This document shows positions 56,660 through 64,000 of a stretch of 64,000 nucleotides of DNA, one piece after another. The stretch is from an uncultured virus (IMG/VR IMGVR_UViG_3300044716_000940) (Duplodnaviria; Heunggongvirae; Uroviricota; Caudoviricetes): the IMG/VR virus record IMGVR_UViG_3300044716_000940, one strand, 5' to 3'. Numbering within the stretch: the first letter of the stretch is position 1; every line of letters begins with the position of its first letter. The translations under genes and the position numbers were made by a program. The notes beneath the pieces were generated by a model. That model did not search any database. It was not told the origin of the DNA and saw only the letters and a list, made by a program, of their open reading frames with translations.

Positions 56660-58270
56660 ATGGTTGAAGAAGAATCAAGGTTTCTTAGACATGAAGCATG
56701 CGATAATTGTGGGTCGTCAGACGCTAAAGGCGTTTACTCAAACGGCTCAACATTCTGCTTTAGCTGCCAAGCTTCTACACGAAGTGATGGCAGTGGCAAA
56801 GTAAAAGTGATGAATGCTACGGCACCATCGTTAGACCCATTTCATGCTGCCCAAGTTGAAGCATTGGCGGCTAGAGGTATTAGCGAAGCTACATGCCAAA
56901 AGTATAATGTTCGCAAAGGTGAGCACAGCGGTAAAATGGTGCATTTCTATCCATACGTTAAAGATGGCGTTATTATCGCCGCTAAGACTAGGGATAAAAA
57001 TAAAAACTTTAGCGTTATCGGTGATGGTAAGGACCTTCCATTCTTTGGACAACACTTATTCCCAAAGCCGAACGATAAGTTATCAATCACCATTACTGAA
57101 GGTGAAATTGACGCGCTATCTATGAGCCAAATAATGGGTAATAAATATCCTGTTGTTTCGGTGCCAATTGGTGCTCAAGGCGCTATGAAGACATTCCGCA
57201 ATAATATCGAATGGCTTGATGGCTGGAAAGACGTTGTTATTATGTTTGACAGCGATGGGGCTGGTAGAGAAGCTGCCTTAAAATGTGCAGAGATTCTCCG
57301 ACCAGGTAAAGCTCGTATTGCTGAGTTACCATTAAAAGACGCTAATGAAATGCTGATGGCGAATCGTGCCGAAGAGCTAATGAAATGCTTTTGGGATGCG
57401 AAATCGTTTAGGCCTGATGGCATTATTGCTGGCGCTGATTTATGGGACGCTGTAAACAAAGAAGATGCTATCGAAACAGTGGAGTATCCGTTTCAAAAGC
57501 TCAATGAACTTACTAATGGCATACGCCGTGGTGAGCTCGTAACCGTTACTGCTGGTAGTGGTATCGGTAAATCTGCATTTATGCGAGAGATAACTTATCA
57601 TCTCTTAAATAAAGGCGAACGCGTTGGTATGGTAATGTTGGAAGAAAGCGCACGTCGAACCGCTCTAGGTTTGATGGGCTTAGCTCTCAATAAGCCATTG
57701 CATATCAGCCGTGAAGGTATTTCACAAGAAGAATTACGCCAAGCATTTGATGAAACGCTTGGAAGTAATCGTGTATTCCTCTATGACCACTTCGGTTCAA
57801 CTGAAGTAGACCACTTAATGAATAAACTTCGTTATATGGTTAAAGGCTTAGAGTGTGATTGGTTAATATTAGACCATTTATCCATTCTCGTCTCAGGACT
57901 TGAAGGTATTGATGAGCGACGATTGATCGATCAAGCAATGACAATGTTGCGAACGTTTGTTGAAGAAACGGGTTGTGGATTATTATTGGTAAGCCATTTA
58001 CGACGGCCAGATGGAAAAGGCCATGAAGAAGGAGCTGCCACATCATTATCCCAACTACGCGGTTCACATGCAATTGCACAGTTGTCTGATATTGTGATTG
58101 GCCTTGAGAGAAATCAACAAGGCGAGAATCCTAACGAAACACTTATTAGAGTTCTCAAAAATCGCTTTAGTGGTAATACAGGATTCGGAGGCACTATGGT
58201 CTTTAGCAAAGAGACCGGTCGGCTTACCGAAGCATTTTCACAAGAAACATCACCATTTGGAGAATTTTAA
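56660..58270 (+). CDS. Primase-helicase (T7 gp4-like)
   Basis: Zn finger C..CGSSD...CFSC, TOPRIM ITEGEIDA, GSGIGKS, LDHLSI, LRGS.AIAQLSD, KNRF.G. Confidence 0.95.
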   Translation: MVEEESRFLRHEACDNCGSSDAKGVYSNGSTFCFSCQASTRSDGSGKVKVMNATAPSLDPFHAAQVEALAARGISEATCQKYNVRKGEHSGKMVHFYPYVKDGVIIAAKTRDKNKNFSVIGDGKDLPFFGQHLFPKPNDKLSITITEGEIDALSMSQIMGNKYPVVSVPIGAQGAMKTFRNNIEWLDGWKDVVIMFDSDGAGREAALKCAEILRPGKARIAELPLKDANEMLMANRAEELMKCFWDAKSFRPDGIIAGADLWDAVNKEDAIETVEYPFQKLNELTNGIRRGELVTVTAGSGIGKSAFMREITYHLLNKGERVGMVMLEESARRTALGLMGLALNKPLHISREGISQEELRQAFDETLGSNRVFLYDHFGSTEVDHLMNKLRYMVKGLECDWLILDHLSILVSGLEGIDERRLIDQAMTMLRTFVEETGCGLLLVSHLRRPDGKGHEEGAATSLSQLRGSHAIAQLSDIVIGLERNQQGENPNETLIRVLKNRFSGNTGFGGTMVFSKETGRLTEAFSQETSPFGEF

Positions 58271-58271
58271 G

Positions 58272-58517
58272 ATGAGCACAAACAACTACTTCGTAATCCG
58301 CGCAATCAAAGAAAAAGGCGTAGCAGCCTCTTCGTATATTGCAAAGAAATATAAAGTCAAAAACGTATCAGCCACTGTATCTGCCTTGCGCAAACGTGGT
58401 CATGAGATTGTAACACTCGCCGAAGGCTATGCATTACCGTTCGGCACGCGCGATGAAGCAGCTAAATTAAGTAAGACTGCGCGCAACAAAATTGCCAAGG
58501 AATTTGGCTTAGCATAA
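58272..58517 (+). CDS. Small HTH-like protein
   Basis: Start MSTNNY; IA..Y...NVSATVS.LR..G..I. Confidence 0.55.
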   Translation: MSTNNYFVIRAIKEKGVAASSYIAKKYKVKNVSATVSALRKRGHEIVTLAEGYALPFGTRDEAAKLSKTARNKIAKEFGLA

Positions 58518-58520
58518 TCA

Positions 58521-58580
58521 GTCTGACTGAAGAGTCCTTAATGGACGAAACCGCCACTCGGGAGAGTCGCGGTCTCAGAC
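58521..58580 (+). ncRNA. Hammerhead ribozyme HHR10 (type I)
   Basis: GUCUGA-CUGAAGA-GUCC(UUAAU)GGAC-GAAA-CCGC.ACUC(GGGA)GAGU.GCGG-UC^-UCAGAC; cut after 58574. Confidence 0.93.
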
Positions 58581-58649
58581 AACCCAAAACTATATCGATA
58601 ACCTGAATCGAATCCTCCTGTAGTTTAACATCCATTAGGAGTTAAAACT

Positions 58650-59048
58650 ATGAGCCTTAGAAATAAACTAATTTTAGCAAGTCGTGCACATTATGATGCA
58701 CATATTAGAAAACACATTATGAATGTGGAAGTTATCTTAGCAAATCCATTGGCGCTGCCTGAGCATGCTGATTTAATGGACGCTATTGAAAAAGAGCTTC
58801 TCATTGTTGATGAGTATCAAGGAAAACTCGACGCTCTAAATAAATATTTTAAAGTCGATGTGCCATTCACAACTAGCGATAGCGGTAGCGAAAACGGCAA
58901 TAACGGCAACAATGGTAATAAAGACGATAATAGCGATAACAGCGATAATAGCACGTCAAGCACCACTAGCACAACCACTCAAGCGGATGCTACAGTGACA
59001 GCAGGCGCTGGCTCACATATTGTTATTGAGCGACCATTCACAGTCTAA
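58650..59048 (+). CDS. Hypothetical protein with N/D/S/T low-complexity linker
   Basis: 132 aa with AGGAG RBS. Confidence 0.7.
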   Translation: MSLRNKLILASRAHYDAHIRKHIMNVEVILANPLALPEHADLMDAIEKELLIVDEYQGKLDALNKYFKVDVPFTTSDSGSENGNNGNNGNKDDNSDNSDNSTSSTTSTTTQADATVTAGAGSHIVIERPFTV

Positions 59049-59094
59049 CTGATGAGTCCTTTATGGACGAAACCGTAGCGATACGGTCTTAGAC
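59043..59094 (+). ncRNA. Hammerhead ribozyme HHR11 (type I)
   Basis: GUCUAA-CUGAUGA-GUCC(UUUAU)GGAC-GAAA-CCGUA(GCGA)UACGG-UC^-UUAGAC; cut after 59088. Confidence 0.95.
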
Positions 59095-59133
59095 AAATCT
59101 CCACCCATTGTAGGTGGAATAAATAGGAGCACT

Positions 59134-60933
59134 ATGAAATTCGTGTTTGACATAGAGGCAGATGGACTCTTAAATACCATCACCAAGGTGCATTGCCTTG
59201 TTATGCAGAACGTAGAAACCGGTGAGGTTCATAAATTCATCGGACATAAAGAGATTACTGATAAAGGCTTGCCATTACTTGATGGCGCCGAAGAAGTAGC
59301 CGGACATAATATCATCTCATACGATTTACCAGCGCTTAAGAAGATTTTTGCCTGGAAATTAAATGGGAATGTGAAAGTGTTCGACACATTACTTGCCGGA
59401 AAGCTCAGTAATCCAGATATTTATAATACTGATGTGACCGGTAGATACCGCAATCTTGAGAAGAAAAACTATGGCTCCTATAGTTTGGAATCGTTTGGCC
59501 AACGCCTTGGTAATTTCAAAGGCAGCAAGCCAGTAGATTTTGCGGTGTTTACTGAAGAAATGTTGACATACTGCGTTCAAGACGTAGACACCAACACAAC
59601 TGTATATAAATACCTTAAATCATTAAACTTGTCAGAACAAGCTCTTGCAATTGAGCATAACTTTTGGCATAATACAATGGCGATGGAAGAATCAGGCTTT
59701 CCATTTGATAGTAAAGCTGCATCTTCATTGTATGCTAAGCTTACAGCAGAGCGTGAGAATATTCGTAAAGAATTGACTACACTCTTCCCAGTTCGAGTGA
59801 TCGAGCGGGTATCTGAAAAGACTGGCAAACCATTAAAGCCTAAGACCATTGAATTTAATCCATCTTCACGCGATCATATTGCGTATTGGTTTAAAGAGAA
59901 ATATCAATGGACACCTAAAGCATTTACGCCATCAGGCAAAGCTGAGATTAACGCGGATATTTTAGAAGATTTAGATTATCCCGAAGCAGCTGAGCTTAAG
60001 CGTTACTTTATTTTAGATAAGGTAATTGGTATGATTGCTGAAGGCAAAGGCGCTTGGCTTACTCTTGTTGGTAACGATGGTCGTATGCATGGTCGTATCA
60101 ATACGATTGGTGCTGCAACTACTCGCTGCACGCATAGTGGCCCAAATATGGCGCAAGTTCCGTCAGTTCGTAAACCGTTTGGTGAAGACTGCCGTAGCTT
60201 CTTTCACGCTCCAAAAGGTTATAAACAAATCGGCACCGACTTGAATGCTATTGAGTTGCGCTGCTTTGCTCATTACCTTGGTGCTTATGATGATGGCGAA
60301 TATACCAACATTATCTTAGGTGGTGATATTCACTGGGCTAACGCGGTAGCGGCAGGATTCCATCCTCCATTACCAGAAGGCCAAGCATATGATTCATCTA
60401 ATAAAGAGCAAAAGCTTGCTCGTGATAGAGCAAAGACTTTGATTTATGCTATGATTTATGGCGCTGGCGATCCAAAGCTTGGACAGATTACTGGTGGTGG
60501 CTCAAAAGAAGGCAAAGCGATTCGTAAGAAACTTTATGAAAACTTTCCAGCGATTGAGAAACTTACCAATGATGTGAAGAAAGCTGCTGAAAGCCGTGGC
60601 TCCATTAAACTTATGCATGGTGCACAGATACCTATTCGTAAAGCGTTTGCTGCTCTTAATACCTTATTACAAGGTGCTGGAGCTGTGATTGCTAAAGAAT
60701 GGTTGAACGTTGCTCGTGAGATGGCGGACGCTAAAGGTTGGGTTTATGATAAAGACTTTTGGTTCGCTGCACATATTCATGACGAAGTGCAGGCATTTGC
60801 TAAAGATGAAATCGCAAAAGACTTTGCATATTTGATGGAAGCGGCTGCTCAAGAAGCAGGTGCAAGATTAGGTATGCGTTGTCGTGTTGATGCTGAAGCC
60901 AAAATTGGCACTAATTGGGCAGATTGCCACTAA
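59134..60933 (+). CDS. DNA polymerase family A (T7 gp5-like)
   Basis: FDIEADG exonuclease, HNII.YD, YC.QDV, DLNAIELR, R..AKT.IY..IYGAG, NTLLQG, HDEVQ. Confidence 0.95.
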   Translation: MKFVFDIEADGLLNTITKVHCLVMQNVETGEVHKFIGHKEITDKGLPLLDGAEEVAGHNIISYDLPALKKIFAWKLNGNVKVFDTLLAGKLSNPDIYNTDVTGRYRNLEKKNYGSYSLESFGQRLGNFKGSKPVDFAVFTEEMLTYCVQDVDTNTTVYKYLKSLNLSEQALAIEHNFWHNTMAMEESGFPFDSKAASSLYAKLTAERENIRKELTTLFPVRVIERVSEKTGKPLKPKTIEFNPSSRDHIAYWFKEKYQWTPKAFTPSGKAEINADILEDLDYPEAAELKRYFILDKVIGMIAEGKGAWLTLVGNDGRMHGRINTIGAATTRCTHSGPNMAQVPSVRKPFGEDCRSFFHAPKGYKQIGTDLNAIELRCFAHYLGAYDDGEYTNIILGGDIHWANAVAAGFHPPLPEGQAYDSSNKEQKLARDRAKTLIYAMIYGAGDPKLGQITGGGSKEGKAIRKKLYENFPAIEKLTNDVKKAAESRGSIKLMHGAQIPIRKAFAALNTLLQGAGAVIAKEWLNVAREMADAKGWVYDKDFWFAAHIHDEVQAFAKDEIAKDFAYLMEAAAQEAGARLGMRCRVDAEAKIGTNWADCH

Positions 60934-60946
60934 TAGGAGAAACGCT

Positions 60947-61213
60947 GTGGAAATTAAACATATTCACATTATGCCGTTTATTGAGAATGGTGAATTGGTC
61001 GTAGATTTAAATATTGATGGCCAAGAAGTTGCTCCTGTAGCTCAAAAGCTTGAGATGATATTCGAAGAGTATTTAGATTATCGCCGTAATCCTCACGATA
61101 GTAATTTGGATTCACAATATCGAGAAGAAACTGTAAATCTAATCGCAACTTTACGCTACATTGCTAAACAGCTTGAAGTTGAGACTGATGGCATGAGAAG
61201 GGAACTGCATTGA
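60947..61213 (+). CDS. Hypothetical protein
   Basis: GTG start behind AGGAG. Confidence 0.6.
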   Translation: MEIKHIHIMPFIENGELVVDLNIDGQEVAPVAQKLEMIFEEYLDYRRNPHDSNLDSQYREETVNLIATLRYIAKQLEVETDGMRRELH

Positions 61214-61941
61214 AACTCGCCATCGATACTGATATTATCTTATTTCAAGCCTCCTTTGGAGCGCAAAATGTGCTTGATTGGGGAGACGTAAAATCGGTTG
61301 ACGCTGATATTACGAAAGCAAAGAACACTGTTCGCTCTACGATAAAAGAATACCAATCTTTTACTGGAGTTAAAGAGTTTGTCCTATGCTTATCTTCGCC
61401 ATCAAACTTTCGTAAAACAGTCTGGAAAGATTATAAAGCTAACCGTGTTAATGGCGATCGACCTGTTCTATTAGAAGAATTAAAAGAATGGGTTAAAGAG
61501 TCTTATCCCACAACCACGATTGAGCATTTAGAGGCTGACGATGTGCTTGGCATTTTAGCTACGAAATATCCTGGAGAATATATCCACTGTAGTATGGATA
61601 AAGACCTTCAGTGTATTCCTGGTAAAATGATGCACGTTAAGAAAAATCACAAACACTTACTTCTGGATATTACTCCTGAAATGGCTAAACGCTTTCATTA
61701 TCTACAAACAATGACAGGCGATGGCTGTGATGGCGTTCCGGGTATTTATGGTGTAGGTCCTGCAAAGGCAAATAAATATATGGATAAGTATGGCGTTAAG
61801 TGGTCAACCGTCTTAAAATGCTATGAAGATAATAATGTTCCAGCCGAAGAAGCCGTACGTAATGCTATAATGGTTAAGATTTTAGACCATGCGCATTATA
61901 ACGATGGCGATATTAGGATTTGGGAGCCGCCGAATGATTGA
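61210..61941 (+). CDS. 5'-3' exonuclease (T7 gp6-like)
   Basis: IDTD, NFRK...YKANR, LEADDVLGI, DKDL..IPG, GD..DG.PG..GVG. Confidence 0.92.
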   Translation: MKLAIDTDIILFQASFGAQNVLDWGDVKSVDADITKAKNTVRSTIKEYQSFTGVKEFVLCLSSPSNFRKTVWKDYKANRVNGDRPVLLEELKEWVKESYPTTTIEHLEADDVLGILATKYPGEYIHCSMDKDLQCIPGKMMHVKKNHKHLLLDITPEMAKRFHYLQTMTGDGCDGVPGIYGVGPAKANKYMDKYGVKWSTVLKCYEDNNVPAEEAVRNAIMVKILDHAHYNDGDIRIWEPPND

Positions 61942-62191
61942 GCAAAGTATTACTGAATTGCTTTCATCATATAATAAAACGTTTCTGGAGGTGCATGGAT
62001 ACAGAGCACCGTATTTTCCACCGACAGTTACGCATGAATGGCTATTAGACCAGCTACACGCTCTTCAATGGTATGCTCGCTATGAGCATGCTTTGATGGG
62101 CACAAGAGCAGAAGAAGCTGAAAAGCGAAAGCCAAAAGAAGTTGTGCAAAAGAAACGTAAAGTAGAAAAGAAAGTAAACCCATTTATATAA
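61934..62191 (+). CDS. Hypothetical protein
   Basis: Probable start MIEQSI overlapping the exonuclease end. Confidence 0.55.
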   Translation: MIEQSITELLSSYNKTFLEVHGYRAPYFPPTVTHEWLLDQLHALQWYARYEHALMGTRAEEAEKRKPKEVVQKKRKVEKKVNPFI

Positions 62192-62198
62192 GGATTTT

Positions 62199-63266
62199 AT
62201 GACTAAACCAAAGTTGTTGATAACCGGTATGAATAAATCGCAGTGCACTCCAAACTTTTGGAAGCGCCAGCAGATTAAACTTGCTACACATTACTCTATT
62301 TTAGCAGCATTGCCCGATATGGGTTATGATGTTGAACAGAGGCCTGTAGAATTAGGCGAAGATTTATCGAAATATGACAAAGTTATTGTGTATATCCACT
62401 CGCCATCAGGCTTTGCTGGGTTTGTATATAACTCGTTGTATGCGATTGCTAAACGACCTGATTGCATTGTCGCCATTGATGATTGGCAAACAGATAGCAT
62501 CTTTAAAGGTGTGGCTGATTTAACCGAGGATGTGCGATTATTTAGGCAATATGTAGTAGATAGCCATGAATCGCTTCCACCAAATTGGGAGCAATACAAG
62601 CAAGTTATTCGTGATGGCGTAGCCGCTGTCGTCGGTAAAACGCATAAGATGCTCTTCCCAGTATTTGCTGGTGGAGAAGTGTCTAAGCTCTTACCTGTAG
62701 AATATAATAAAGACTTGCTCTTTGGTTATAATCCAAATCCATATCATTTAAACCGCAAGCCGGGTGCTTATGGTGATAGTATGGAACCTGATGGGACCTC
62801 ACACGTTCCGTTCGAGGCTAAAGAAAAGGTATTCAACTTCGCTTCTCTCGTGCAAGGCAAGACCGCTAAGTGGTTGAAAAAGCAAGAGATTAAGAATTGG
62901 GATACGAAGTATTATGGCTCTCGTAAAGATGGCCAAGATCGCTTAACAGATGAAGAGATGTGTAAAGTATTTGCTCAACATTGGGCTAGCTTATTGCCGG
63001 GTTATTGGCATGCTGGATCCGGTTGGTGGAGATTCCGCCATTTGCAAGTAGCTGACGCTAACTCTATCTTAATTGGCGATCCAACTGAGCTTAAGATTTT
63101 ATACCGCGATGAGTCGTTGTGTAATCTTAAAGCCTCTGATCTTGAAAGTATGGACTTAGCGCAGCTTACCGCCATCGCATTAGGCCAAAAAGAAGCGTTA
63201 TATGCAAACCATCCATTAAGTAAAGAGACCGAGCGCTTAGAGCTCCGAGCAGCTCTTGAATCATAA
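62199..63266 (+). CDS. Putative DNA glycosyltransferase (GT-B-like)
   Basis: 355 aa; Rossmann-like start KLLITG, L.DMGYDV, DDWQ, GSGWWRFR; context of the dCMP hydroxymethylase; family call from memory only. Confidence 0.45.
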   Translation: MTKPKLLITGMNKSQCTPNFWKRQQIKLATHYSILAALPDMGYDVEQRPVELGEDLSKYDKVIVYIHSPSGFAGFVYNSLYAIAKRPDCIVAIDDWQTDSIFKGVADLTEDVRLFRQYVVDSHESLPPNWEQYKQVIRDGVAAVVGKTHKMLFPVFAGGEVSKLLPVEYNKDLLFGYNPNPYHLNRKPGAYGDSMEPDGTSHVPFEAKEKVFNFASLVQGKTAKWLKKQEIKNWDTKYYGSRKDGQDRLTDEEMCKVFAQHWASLLPGYWHAGSGWWRFRHLQVADANSILIGDPTELKILYRDESLCNLKASDLESMDLAQLTAIALGQKEALYANHPLSKETERLELRAALES

Positions 63267-63445
63267 CCAGGTTGACTAGATGGGCACCTATCACTCTCAA
63301 CGGCATTCCTTATAGTAACATATAAGCTATGCTATTGATGGCGACCAGGACCCATTTAAGAGAAATTCTCCTGGAAATTCAAGTGCACCTGTAATGGGCT
63401 TTGCCCGTAGACCTCATAAATCAATATTTACAAGGAATAAATAAT

Positions 63446-63718
63446 ATGAATCAACCAACAGAACGCGAAGCGCTGCCACCAGAAGTAGTGGAAGCTGCTC
63501 GCAAATCGCTAGTGATTAGTCTGCCTGACGCATTAGCTGCTTTGTCAGCTTATGACTCAGCGTTTGTCCCTATCCTTACTGGTGCGGTTGCCGAAGCCGA
63601 GACGAACTTAAAACTTCGTGCTGCTTTAAATCGCTTGCTATTCTCAAGCCGTAATCAGACATTTGCTTATAGCTGCAAAGAAGAATTAGCGAAGTATAAG
63701 GAGAAACAGAATGGCTAA
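63446..63718 (+). CDS. Hypothetical protein
   Basis: Start MNQPTE behind AAGGA. Confidence 0.6.
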   Translation: MNQPTEREALPPEVVEAARKSLVISLPDALAALSAYDSAFVPILTGAVAEAETNLKLRAALNRLLFSSRNQTFAYSCKEELAKYKEKQNG

Positions 63719-64000
63719 GAAAAAGCCAATCACTAAAACCTATAAGACCATCACCGAAAATCCCGAAGTCTTTGATCCAGGCTATACGCTTGTCTCAGAG
63801 ATTGTGGACAATCCTGACGGTTCTTCAACTATCCAACTCGAGTTTACTCAAGACCAAAAAGATATTCTATTTGACGTATGCCTTCGCAACGGCTTAGTCA
63901 ATGGTCTTAAAGCACTTGACGCGGACTCCGCTCATTATGCGAATTTGCTTGGCGCTGTTGCAGCAGCCAATCAGTTTGCAAAGCTAGCGACCAAATGGGA
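63711..64000 (+). CDS. Hypothetical protein (partial)
   Basis: ATG behind AAGGAG; frame stays open to the window end. Confidence 0.55.
   Translation, partial: MAKKKPITKTYKTITENPEVFDPGYTLVSEIVDNPDGSSTIQLEFTQDQKDILFDVCLRNGLVNGLKALDADSAHYANLLGAVAAANQFAKLATKW

Noticed and set aside
44276..59094. Hammerhead repeats as simple terminators or a dispersed CRISPR
   Set aside because: No U tract after the hairpins; the unpaired catalytic core is conserved while three stems covary, which fits hammerheads
1..64000. tRNA genes, integrase/repressor, reverse transcriptase, RtcB-like ligase, alternative genetic code
   Set aside because: None recognised by eye in this window and ORFs tile normally with the standard code; tRNAscan and HMM searches would be needed to exclude them formally

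Overview
This is about 64 kb of a tailed dsDNA bacteriophage genome, probably infecting a Gram-negative host (spanin pair, IHF-consensus sites). It has two divergent arms split by a control region at about 42.8-43.7 kb. The leftward (minus) arm carries nucleotide-modification genes (T4 gp42-like dCMP hydroxymethylase, two dNTP pyrophosphatase-like genes), terminase with HNH, a radical-SAM/oxygenase/desaturase cluster, lysis genes, an HK97-type head with class Ia RNR inserted, a 13-kb collagen/Ig-like fibre block and siphovirus tail genes. The rightward (plus) arm carries small early genes, a ligase, a split T7-like RNA polymerase with its halves in reversed order, and a T7-like replisome. The most striking feature is 11 intact hammerhead ribozymes (10 type I, 1 type III) on the sense strand at gene boundaries of the rightward arm. 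Most use the upstream stop codon as part of stem I, and two bracket the permuted RNA polymerase genes. Also present are a candidate phage promoter motif, an IHF-consensus array, two possible virion-packaged toxin/immunity pairs and several candidate structured RNAs. All protein calls come from recognising motifs by eye; no database searches were run.
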